From contig NC_042997.1 in NCBI RefSeq assembly GCF_006345805.1, positions 54,436,001 to 54,500,000 on the forward strand: a stretch of DNA of 64,000 bases, written 5' to 3'. Within the stretch, counting starts at the first letter, position 1; the number at the start of each line of letters is the position of its first letter. The translations under genes were made by a program, and so were the position numbers. Below the pieces are notes generated by a model. It searched no databases and had not been told where the DNA came from. It saw nothing but the letters and a program-made list of their open reading frames with translations. This document shows positions 11,232 to 22,528 of the stretch, in pieces. The stretch is from Octopus sinensis. Taxonomy: Eukaryota.

Positions 11232-11489
11232 ATTTTGAAATATTAATTTGTGTTGTTTGTTTGTGAAGTATATCCAGATGCAGTCCGTAATAAAAGATTT
11301 ATTAAAACAGTACATTTGTACAGTGATTGTGATTGTTCAGTTTGCACCTAGATTTTACTGAAGAAACTTATATGTTAATATACAAAGAGCTGTTATTAAT
11401 ATCATTGAGAAACTCTCATTATGCATGCATAATAATTATACAAAGCTTATGTTAACATACTCAGAAATTATAAATTTATTATTCACTGA

Positions 11490-12490
11490 AGGAAACCCAG
11501 GAAAACATGGGATAAAGTGACGAGGACTGATCTCAGGACATTGGGCCTCACAGAGGAAATGACAGTGGGCTAAGATGTCTTGCAATATGAGGTTCTTGAA
11601 AAACCTGCCCATGTCAATGAAACAGTTCTAGAAGCACTGTGTTCCACTCACATGCAACAATAAAACTTTTCACACACCAAATTAATTTTTTCCTCATGTC
11701 TCTTTCATGCACTATGCTTATCTCTCTCCCCAATCCTGTCCTCACTGCTTTGCCCACTGTATATTTGCTATCTCATAGTCCCCCCTTCCCTACTCAGCAC
11801 TTTTTTGACAATACCCTGCCACTTATAACCTCCATACCTTCAGGGTATGCCCTGGTATTTTTCACCATCTATTTCTCTCTTCCTCTACCATCCCATTTAT
11901 GTTCTAATCCCTATTCCTTGTGAGTATGCCCAGGCACTTTGCCACCATCTCTCTCCTGCACTCTTGCTGTCATCCATTCTTTCTCTTTCCCTCTGGCTGG
12001 GTAACTATATATCTCCTTTACAGCAGCATACTTTTTTCTGTCCTCATTCTTGATCATTCTCTCTCTCTCTGGCTGGGTAACTATGTACCTTCTCTACAGC
12101 AAGACACTTGTTTCTGTCACACTCTAACTTAAACCTCTCATCATCCGACACAGGATCACCTCCTCCAATGCCCCTCCCCTCTCAAAGGATATTCATCCTG
12201 CAAGTTACTTGGTGACCCTGCCAGTGGGGTGCAATGTGAAAAGCATCCAGTTTACACTATAAAGTAGTTGGTGTTAGGAAGGGCATCCAGCTGTAAAAGC
12301 CATGTCAAAGCACCTCACCTGTGCTGGTGCCACATAAAAAGCACTGGGTCCATTCTGGGGGGTGGTTGGTGTTAGGAAGAGCATCCAGCCATAAAAACCA
12401 TGTCAAACCAGACACCTGACCAGCTCTTGTGAAACCATCCAACCCATGCCAACATGGAGGGCAGATGTTATACAAACGATGATAATGATT
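11490..12490 (+). mobile_element. RTE-type LINE 3' end with long 3'UTR and (GAT)n tail
   Basis: ggaaacccaggaaaacatggga (GRPRKTW-like), then ttaggaagggcatccagc motifs and a cgatgataatga tail. Confidence 0.6.
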
Positions 12491-13339
12491 CAATACATTA
12501 ATAGTGTTTAAGTGTACTTATTTTTCAAATTGATCTATGCTAATGACCTTATGTTACTCTTCAGTATTTTGTGATTTCAGCAAAAGTGAATGTAAATGAA
12601 CAACGTGCACACTGTAGTACTTCTGAAATGTGTTTAGATATTTGGATGACTTTGCTGACAAGCACTCAAGCAATTTACATACTTTTACCTGAGATGCATT
12701 GAGTTCAATGCCTAGACAGCGTTGAACAACAATCCAGTTTCATTAGAGTGATATTGTTCACTTATAAAGTTGAGAGTATTGTTGGTTCTGAAGGCTGGAT
12801 TAACCTTTTAAATTTAACTAAATGGATAAAATGCATAGTCAGGCTGCTTCACAATATCTTAATAGAATGACCCTTAGTCATTTTTTGTAATAATTGTATG
12901 TTATCAAGAAGAAACTAAATTTGCATTTGTCCAAACTTCCATATACTTCCTTATGATTTCAAAATTTTTTACCATCAAGAATAGATAAAGGCTTGTAACA
13001 TCTAGTACTTAGAACTCATCTAAGATGCTGAGAAAAATTTAGAAACATTTACCATAGACGAACGAACAGTAGAACCACATGCTCAAGAAGAAAAGATTGT
13101 CAGCATTGCAATGAAAAAAGAAATACGCAGCTGCCTTCTGTTATAGTTGACTACTTCCTCTCTATCTGCATAAACATCAAGTTTGTAACTAATTGGAAAT
13201 TACTTTGAATGTAGTAATTTTTTAATCAGGTTGCACCTAATTGTAATATTCTTTCAAATCCTGATTTAATTCAGAAAGTCTTCAACTTGAAATTGGTAAA
13301 GACCAACATACACTTCTCTCAGCCTCTGGTAATGACAAA

Positions 13340-13700
13340 TAATCTTTAATTCTTATGACATGTTTGTTATTAATTGATTGGCTAGCTTTCTAAAGTTTGT
13401 GTTGCAAATAGATCATTTACACTGAGAAATACAAGTTTTATTTTTTATTTCTTTCTTTTGTGTTCAAACCCTCCATATTCACATGTTTTGCATTCTGGTG
13501 TCACCTGACATGGCCATTGAAACTACCCACTATGAAAATGATATCAGTTTTTCATGTAACTAACAATGGCTTCATTAAACTTATTATTTTACTTGTCTAA
13601 TATTCCTACTTGTAGCAATTGAGCACAAATTGTAGATGCTTCACTGTTGTAAAAGAGGTATTTGAAATACTTCTTTTTTATGCTAGCATAAATATCATCA
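13340..13700 (+). other. Second orphan copy of the ZNF 3' flank block (no CDS attached)
   Basis: gattggctagctttctaaagtttgtgttgcaaat, cctgacatggccattgaaactacccactatgaaaatgatatcag and gagcacaaattgtagatgc align with 10600-10910. Confidence 0.65.
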
Positions 13701-13859
13701 TTTTAATCATTGTCATCATTTAACATCCTTCTTCCATACAAATCCCCCCAGGTAGATGGCCCTGCTCAAGCTGTAGGAAAGGCGTAGGTAGAAACTCCAT
13801 AAGATGTAACCAGTGTAAGCTATGGACACATAAGAGGTGCAGCAATATCAGAGAAAGGT

Positions 13860-14880
13860 TAACAGGGAAACCAGTTTTTGTGTGTGTAAAGTGCACAGAT
13901 ACAATTAACAAAAAATGTTCAGAAAATAGACTCTATCAAATGCCAGGGGTAAAAACTAGAAGTAGTTGATAGCTTCTGTTACCTAGGTGACCAAGTCAGT
14001 AGCGGGGGTGGAGGCTCTGAGAGGTTGTCATGAACAGAACAAAAAACATGAAAAATATTTTATAACAGACTTCATCAATTGCCAGCAGGGTAAGCTAGAG
14101 GTAAAAGATAGCTTCCGTTATCTAGGTGACCAAGTCATTTGCAGAGATGGATGCTGTCAGAATAAGAATAGGTTGGGCAAAGTTCAGAGAGCTCCTTCCT
14201 CTGTTGGTAACAAAGGGCCTCTCCCTCAGAGTGAAAGGCAAATTGTATGATGCCCTTGTGCAAATAGTCATGCTACATAGCAGTGAAACATGGGTTGTGA
14301 CTGCAGAGAAATGCATAGGCTTGAAAGAAATAAAGCTAGTATGCTTTGCTGGATGTGCAATGTCAGTGTGCATGTACAAAGTGTAAATGTCTTGAAAGAA
14401 AAGTCGGGCATAAGAGGCATCAGATGTGGTGTGCAAGAGAGACAACTGTGAAAAAGTGTTGGTCTCTACCAGTGGAAGAGGGAGACCTGGGATGAAGTGG
14501 TGAAGCATGATCTTCAAATGCTGGGCCTCACAGAGGCAATGACTAGTGAGTGTAACCATTGACGATATGCTGTGCTTGAGAAGACTGCCAAGCCAAGTGA
14601 AATCATTGTTTTGGCAGTTAGTGTCATGTAACTAGGATCCATGCTGGTGGCTCGTGAAAAGCACCTCTTGAGTGTTGGGCTTCACAGAGGCAATGTGGCT
14701 GATGCTGGTGTTGCATAACTAGCACCTGTGCCAGTGGCATGTAAAAAGCATCTTTTGAGCGCTGGGCCTCATGGAGGCAGTGACAAATGACCAAGACTTT
14801 TGACAATATGCTGTGGTTGAGAAGAACCATCAAGCCAAGTGAAATTGTAGTTGTGGCAGATACTGGTGTCATGCAACTGA
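13860..14880 (+). mobile_element. RTE LINE C-terminal fragment(s), decayed
   Basis: KLEVKDSFRYLGDQV, RIRIGWAKFRELLPLLVTKGLSLRVKGKLYDA..MLHSSETW. Two nested copies of the DSFRYLGDQV segment. Confidence 0.85.
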
Positions 14881-14929
14881 CACCTTAATAACGGTCATCT
14901 TCATTGTAATTTCCCTTTATTTAATGGTC

Positions 14930-15109
14930 ATTTTCATAGCATTTTTGTTTGTCTTAATAATTGATGAGATGCCGGAGCAGACTTCTGCCCCGACATCCGA
15001 AACTCTTGAGTTTTATTATGATACTTGACTAATTGTTACATATTATAGATGAATTCCTTTATTTACATAATATCAAGGTCTCATTCATTCTTTTGTTATC
15101 ATATTATTA

Positions 15110-15140
<31 letters not shown>
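14930..15140 (+). mobile_element. Penelope-like terminal-repeat family copy containing a hammerhead motif, ending in (AT)n
   Basis: Homologous to 51320-51538 (ttttcatag.attttt ... hammerhead ... aattcctttatttacataatatcaaggtctc.ttcattcttttgt ... (AT)n). Confidence 0.65.
14955..15018 (+). ncRNA. Type I hammerhead motif with long helix II (C3 to U variant)
   Basis: TAATAA / TTGATGA / 30-nt hairpin 14968-14997 / C / GAA / ACTC-tt-GAGT / T / TTATTA. Confidence 0.65.
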
Positions 15141-15974
15141 CAATTTAAAATAATAAGGGTGAAAAATTGAATATTAGCTTGATTAATATCAATTTAAAAC
15201 CAGTGGTCAAGCATATTTAATATCAATTTAAAACTTCAGATTATATATATATACACACACATACTAGCTGATTAATCCATCAGTGCCAGGTAATTTTCTC
15301 AACAGAATGCTTTGGCAGACTTTTGGAACAGCACACCCACTTACATTGGATTTTCTGTCTTGACAGGAGTTTTTCAATTTTTTTCCCCCCACACTTTTGC
15401 AAATGATGGGTGGTGAGGAAGCTTTTTATGAAAAAAGTTTTGAAAATTTATGAATTTTTTCACCTCCACCCCCACTCAGTACCATCTTTGGCTAATATTA
15501 AAATTTTTTTTTACACTATGCACTTAAAATGATGGGAGAAGCCTTGAAGGTTGCTCAAGAGTAAGCTAATGATAACCTGATTTTTTGTATCATATACTTC
15601 TTTCATGAATACCAAGATACTTTTGATGTTTATTGAAGAGTTATGAATGGTATTGGACTACCTCTTAGGGCTTAGTATATATGGAAAGCTTCTTCAAATG
15701 TTGGTAAAGTGTTCAATGGAAGTGACAGATTTATTTTCATGGAAGATCAGTGAGAAATCTATTAACATTGTAAGAACATTTCACCATAAAGCTTACTACA
15801 TATAATGAAGTCTTCTTGTTTGTCTATTATCATCATCATCATTTAATGTCTGTTTAACATGCTCTGGAACTTCTGGAGCTCTCACAGCCTTATTTGACCC
15901 TCACAATTTGGATTTATCCTTAACACCACCTGCTGTATCTAACTTATCAAGTTTCTTGGTGACACCCAAATTAC

Positions 15975-16870
15975 TGATGGCAGCTCATGGGTGGATGTTA
16001 TCTATCTTGACTTTACTAAAGCCTTCAATTCTTTACCACATGAGCGACTCATAACTCTCTGCATTGGGAGTGAAAGATTATCTTTATAACTGGTTGAAGT
16101 CCTTTATTCTTGGTCGAAAAGAAGTAGTCACAGTTCTAGGACATCATTCTTCACCCTATGAGATCTGTGTAAAATTGGGATCTGTTCTTGGGCCCTTACT
16201 GTTGGTTGCACATATTGATGCCAACTTGAAGAATGTTACAGTGTTGAAATATGCAGATGATATTAAGCTGTACCTTGAGATAACAATAACAGATCATATA
16301 TGCTATAGATCTTCCCTGTAATCAAACCTGGATACAATGCAGCAATGGATTGTGTCACCATGCACTTTAGAAAGAAAGACCCAGCTTTTACACACTCCCT
16401 CAACTACACCACTCTTAAGAAGTCTGTTAGTGAATGTGACCTGAGTATTATTGTAAGCTGTGACCTGCATTGGACAAGCCACATCTCTAAGATTGGGAGA
16501 AGGTTGAGGGTGTCTTAGCATTACTCAGTAAGACCTATGTCAACTGCTTTCCATTTATTTATTTAAAGCTGTATATGACTATGGTACATCCACATTTAGA
16601 ATTTGCATCACCAGTCTGGAACCCTTATCTTGCTCAGCATATCAATCTCCTGGAAACTATTCAGAAATGTGCAACCAAGCGAATACCTGCCATCAAGCAT
16701 CTACCATACTCTGAATATCTTGCTCCAACAGACTTGGTAGACACCTACAAGATTATCCAGCATCTTTCCAACAACAACCTTGAGCACACTTTTGTTTTCT
16801 ATATGTCTAACCCGTGTGGACATGCTTACAAAATCAAAGAACAACACAGCACTTTTGGAAACATTTTTTC
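15975..16870 (+). mobile_element. CR1-clade LINE RT and C-terminal relic
   Basis: VDVIYLDFTKAF, GSVLGPLL, KYADDIKLY, VHPHLEFASPVWNPYL..I.LLETIQKCATKRIP. Confidence 0.9.
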
Positions 16871-17924
16871 ATCATTATCATCAACAACAAGCAATCTATT
16901 TGAGATCCCAGTATTTTTATTATCATTATTTTTTTTTCACTGCCTGCCAAAATACTTTTTGGTTGCTTTTATGTCTTTGAATACAGTATTGAATCCCTAC
17001 TTGCACAGGAAGCAATTCACTTCTTATCTCATTGAGATTTTATACTTGCTGTTACTAAGTAGCACTGTGATGTTTGCTATGTTGATCTTTAAATCTTTCA
17101 AGCTTAGAATATTTTCTGCTGTTAACAACCAGGTCATTACACAGTTAACCTGTGATCTGGTAAGCAGACTTCTGATAAGACATACATCTATGACTATACC
17201 ATGCCATCTCCTTTTCAGATTTAGGCTGATCTATGGTAGAAGAGGAAAACCAAGGAAACTATTCATCTGTGAGCTAGTGCTTATAATGGTTTGCTGAATA
17301 AATTATTGTCAATCAATCGAATTAATTTCCTATAGATGTGGTGTGGGATGTTTGATACATTGACAGTGTGTCATATCATGACCTGTATAAATGTTAGATA
17401 AAATATATTAACTGACACAGAATAAAGAGAAATAAAGATGAATCTTTCCAATGAAATAATTTAATTCAATTAAGTTGGTGACCTCAGCCTGGATGTTTAA
17501 ATGAAACACAACATACACATTATTATCTCTCCCTCTTCTTCATCATGCAGCGTATGGTGATTTGTTATTCAATCTCTTCACTAACAACCAACATGCTGCT
17601 ACTTGTCACTCTAGTGTCTATTTTCATTTCTTATCTCTCTCATAGATGCCGTTTGGATAAGTTGATATTGCAGAAACAAGTAAAATACATTTGATTAGAA
17701 TGTAACTCCTGTTTCTAAAGTGCAAACTGACAAAAGATTCTGGAAAAAATAAGGAAGAAAATTTGTTGAATGACTAATTCACATTAGGACACAAGTTAAT
17801 GATATAATTAACTTATGAAGGGAAACTACCTCAGTTGAAAACAGTTAAATATCTTTAATGATACACTATAAAACTGTTGATTGAAAATAGATACTTTTCA
17901 GTATACTAACAGATTTAGAATTGG

Positions 17925-18290
17925 CAATGGGATGGCGAGAACCCTGTCTGGAGGTCCTCCCAAACAAGCATCATCGAGATACCAGACGTTGAAGTCTAGC
18001 TTGATGACCATCTTGGTGATGTCATCAATGCCCAGTGCAAACAGAGTGGGTCACCCTGTTGGACACCTGAGGTGGAGGTGATGATTTTGTCACCAAAAGA
18101 GAGATAGTTGGGCTCCCAATAAGCCTGCTATGCAAGGCAGTAGAGTTGTGGGACCTTCGGCATCATGGCTGATGGAGTTGAAGGCATTAAGGTCAAGTTT
18201 GAGGATCTGTAGCGTTCGAGACGTTTGGAGGGTTTGGACCACTAACTGCGAGATTCCTATCTTCACTGGCAATTCATCTTGCAGAGGTAA
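17925..18290 (-). mobile_element. CRE/NeSL-like (early-branching, restriction-like endonuclease type) non-LTR RT relic
   Basis: LKLDLNAFNSI, SGVQQGDPL, then after a frameshift LFALGIDD...FNVWYLDDACLGG. The GVQQGDP and WYLDD motifs differ from the RTE/CR1 copies nearby. Confidence 0.7.
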
Positions 18291-19783
18291 CTGGTGAGGT
18301 TCATGAGGGCACTTGGCTGTTCCAGTACATCAGCCTCGCCATCACCTGCTGCAAGTGTGCTAGCGTGTCTCAATAGCCATTAGAAAGGTTTCCCAGCACC
18401 CCCAACGTTTCAACTCAAAATGGTGAATTGTTTTGGGTTTTGTTTTTTCTTTCTCCCTTTTTATCTTTTTAATTTTTTCAACTCTGTTCTCTGTTTTGTC
18501 CAGTTTTCTAGTTTTATTTTGTAAAACGGTGAAGGCAATAAAAGTTAATGTTATTAAACATGACAATTTGTTATACCACCACCTCCGCCCACATGAAACG
18601 CAAATTTAAGGGATAGAATGTTGTGAGGAATATGACGATTAGGACAGTGTATTAAATAAATAGATGGGACAACAGAAGTTGAGAAATCTTTGAAAAAATT
18701 GGAATTTCGACAAATTTAAGGACAGCGACAAACTGTTAACAGTTAGAAGTATAAAAATAAAAATCCAGAATCAGAAAAAGAATTAAAAATAAAATAAAAC
18801 AAAATAATTAGGATAAAGGGATTTACAGCTGCAATATATATTTTTTCGTATATTAATATATTTGGTTTGCTTTTGAAGTGCAAAAATATTTTGGGGTTTT
18901 GTATTTAAATTTTCAACTTCAGTGAACATCTTTTTAAAAAGTGAAACTAATGCCTTCGAATGCAAACAAAATATAGTAACACATTTCAATCGCAAATGAA
19001 ATATATTGATTATACGAAAATGTGTACGTAACCCTTAACTGTTAGAATAGGTGTCGATTACAATGATGTTATCAATAATCTGAAATGAACAAAAACAACT
19101 TGGCTCTTCTGAATAGCCGAAACGAATAAATAGATGCTTAAACTCGAGGTTATTACGGAGTATATAGATTACTGTATTCATTTCTTAATACCATCATTTA
19201 AATAACAAGCATTTGTGGAAATAACCCATTTTTTATTGAGGGGAAAAAACAGTAACTCAGTTCGAAAAATAAACAGAAATACGATTGTTTATTTGAACGT
19301 CATAAAAATTTGTTCAAAAGAATGGTACGAGAGAGGGAACATTTGAGTTTTACATCTTTGAATTTTAGTGTAGCAGTTTATTTTCGAAGTTTATCTTGAC
19401 TGTCAGATGTCATTACATCTTGTAATATATATAGAACTCACCTAACTCAAATTAAGATAGGTATGCATAACTATTCATAAATTTCTCCTCTGAAAGCTTT
19501 CAAATAAGTATTCGTATTTTAATTTAATTTTCGAAATTAGTTACTTTTTTGTAAATAGGAAATATGTTCAGCAGCGCTGCATTTATAATTAACTAAATGT
19601 TGGAGTTACTTAATGAAAACAATAATCTTTAACAATAACCTACATTGAAGTATCTACATATTCGTTTCGACCATTTATGAGAGCCAAGTTATTTTTGTAC
19701 ATTCTGTATTACTGCTCGTTTCATTTGATTAGACTTCTGACTACTTCAGTACATCTCATTATTTCACCTAACTTCATTACTAT

Positions 19784-20801
19784 GTGAGTATCATTAATAT
19801 ATTTTAGATATTTCTCTTACCCAAAATTGTTCTTTTGTATTTACATTTTTATTTTATCTGCATTCCTGCGCTTTGTCAAAATCTGTTTTGTTTTATCCAT
19901 CTTCTTCTCTAATTTCTCCCTTCGTAGTTAACCTAATTTTCAGTAATAATTTCACTCTTACTCTACGTTTTTATTCTGTTATTACATCAACGACGTTGTT
20001 TTTTAACTGTCCACACATTTTCATAAACATACATCAAACGTATTATGTCACTACATTTCGTGTAAGAAATAAATCAGAGTGGTTTGTGTACTTTGCTTTA
20101 TCAATTGTTGGCAGCAAAGATTCTGAGATTTAAAGAATGTTTTCAGCAGAAATGATTTCCAGTTTTAATGATTATTTTGATATTCTTTTCAGTTGGTGGA
20201 ATTTTAAACAACGTATGCGCTATTTTCTATTTTATAGTGCGATTCGACCGGAAGTGAAATTTGGCAACAGTAGTTTAAAAAGTGAAAAAAAAACCAACTT
20301 TGAAATGCATATAGTTTATGAGACATACAAATGCGTAATTTGCATCTCTGTCTCTCATCCATATACAAATATAAACAGTAGCTATAACACTTGTGTGTGT
20401 ATGTATATATAAAGCCATTCTAACTGAACTTTTAATAAATATTCGTGTTGATTTGAGAGCATAGTTTTTATCGTGTGTATTTTGGTTTTAGAATAGATAT
20501 CCTGCATATTGTAAGAGGCCCTAAAACAGTATTGCAGAAATAAATCTACTCGGTGTAGATATGTACTTCTGTGAAAGATGACATATTTTTTACGCGTTTT
20601 AGTAATGTTCTGCAAAGCTTCATATAGTTCCTAGTTTTTTCTGAGGATTTTAATTCTAAAATCCACATTCATTTCTACTACATCTTTATATCGGTGTGTC
20701 TTTTCACTAAATATATTCTGATTCTCTTTGGTTGTTTTAACGTTCTGTTTTTCTTCTGTCCAATAATTATGTAACCCCTTCTTGTTTGTCTTGTATTTCA
20801 G
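19784..20801 (+). other. Predicted 5'UTR intron of ZNF2
   Basis: Donor GTGAGTatcattaatatattttag at 19784; acceptor tttcAG|GTTATCAGA at 20800-20801. Confidence 0.7.
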
Positions 20802-21193
20802 GTTATCAGACGATAATGAGAAAAGATACTTCATTGAAGAATATCAACGTAATTATCAACTCTACATGACTAAAAATAACTTTATCAAGCTAATGTCTGT
20901 CTGTTTTTACAAGTTGAATTAAAATGAAGTATTTGTTTGAATGCGATTATAGGCAAGAGTTGCCACATAAATGTTAACTGGAAGATTTACCCTGAAGCTT
21001 TAACTGTCTTATTTGAAAGGACTTTGATATCTGGATATATCTTAACTGAAACTAATTTAATGATCTTTAGCTGCTGATTATTAAGTACAAGATACCATCC
21101 TAATAAATCAACTTGAAAGTCTTTCTGAAAGAACAAAATATCAGCTAACTTTAACTAAGTCCACCATACAAGAAAATATAGATTAAGAAAATT

Positions 21194-22528
21194 ATGGATG
21201 AGAAAACAGAGTTTAAAAATGATGATTCTTCAAATCAGACACAGGAAAATACAGAAGTGAATTTGTATGCTTGTGATATATGCGAGAAGTTATTCACTAC
21301 AAGTAATTTATTATCTTCCCATAAATGTATTCACACAGGTAAAAAACAGTATCACTGTGATGTCTGTGGTAGGGCATTCTCTCAGAGTGGCAGTTTAAAT
21401 TCCCACAGGCGTACTCACACGGGAGAAAAACCATATCACTGTGATGTCTGTGGTAAAAATTTTACTCGGAAGGATAATTTAACTACCCACAGACGTATTC
21501 ATACAGGGGAGAAGCCATACCATTGTAGTGAGTGCGGTAAAGCATTTTCTGAGCTTGGTAATTTAGTTTGCCATAAACGTATTCATACAGGAGAGAAACC
21601 ATACCACTGTGATGTCTGTGGTAAAGGATTTGCTGAACCTGGTAATTTAGTTACCCACAAACGTGTTCACACAGGAGAGAAACCATATCATTGTGATATC
21701 TGTGGTAAATCATATTCTGGACGTTCTAATTTATCTACCCACAAACGTATTCACACGGGAGTGAAGCCATACAAATGTGATATCTGTGATGAAACATTTT
21801 CTTCAAGAGGTCGTTTGTCTTGCCACATACGCATTCACACAGGAGAACGTCCATACCATTGTGATATCTGTGATAAAACATTCTCTCAAAGCGGTCATTT
21901 CTCTCGACACAAACGTATTCATACAGGAGAGACCCCATATCACTGTGATATCTGTGGTAAAACATTCTCTGAAAGTGGTCATTTTTCTCGACACAAACGT
22001 ATTCACACAGGAGAAAAACCATACCAATGCGATATCTGTAGTGAGACATTTTCTAGAAGTGATAATTTAACTCAACACAAACGTATTCACACAGACGAGA
22101 AACCATATCATTGTGATGTCTGTGGCAAAACATTCTCTGAGACTGGTAATTTAGCTTCCCACAAATGTATTCAAACAGGAAAGAAACCATACCACTGTGA
22201 TACCTGTGGTAAAACATTTTCTCGAAGTGCTGACTTGTCTACCCACAAACGTATTCATACAGTAGAGAAAACATATGAATGTGATATCTGTGAGCAAACA
22301 TTTTCTACCATGGGTCTTTTATCATGCCACTTGCGTATCCACACAGGATTTAAGCCATACCACTGTGATATCTGTGATAAAACGTTCTCTCAAAGTGGTC
22401 ATTTCTCTCGACACAAACGTATTCACACAGGAGAAAGGCCTTACCACTGTGATATATGTAGTGAAACATTTGCTAGAAGGGATAATTTAACTAAACACAA
22501 ACGTATCCACACAGAAGAGAAACCTTAG
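21194..22528 (+). CDS. C2H2 zinc-finger protein ZNF2, 444 aa: 24-aa leader and 15 fingers (finger 11 lacks its second His)
   Basis: Intact ORF; 24 + 15x28 = 444 aa. Confidence 0.95.
   Translation: MDEKTEFKNDDSSNQTQENTEVNLYACDICEKLFTTSNLLSSHKCIHTGKKQYHCDVCGRAFSQSGSLNSHRRTHTGEKPYHCDVCGKNFTRKDNLTTHRRIHTGEKPYHCSECGKAFSELGNLVCHKRIHTGEKPYHCDVCGKGFAEPGNLVTHKRVHTGEKPYHCDICGKSYSGRSNLSTHKRIHTGVKPYKCDICDETFSSRGRLSCHIRIHTGERPYHCDICDKTFSQSGHFSRHKRIHTGETPYHCDICGKTFSESGHFSRHKRIHTGEKPYQCDICSETFSRSDNLTQHKRIHTDEKPYHCDVCGKTFSETGNLASHKCIQTGKKPYHCDTCGKTFSRSADLSTHKRIHTVEKTYECDICEQTFSTMGLLSCHLRIHTGFKPYHCDICDKTFSQSGHFSRHKRIHTGERPYHCDICSETFARRDNLTKHKRIHTEEKP

Noticed and set aside
16900-17297. Hydrophobic C-terminal half of the 240-aa ORF 16575-17297
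   Set aside because: Read-through from a CR1 relic into AT-rich sequence; no recognisable domain.
19100-19130. ggct...agcc hairpin followed by GAAAC
   Set aside because: No CTGANGA box upstream.
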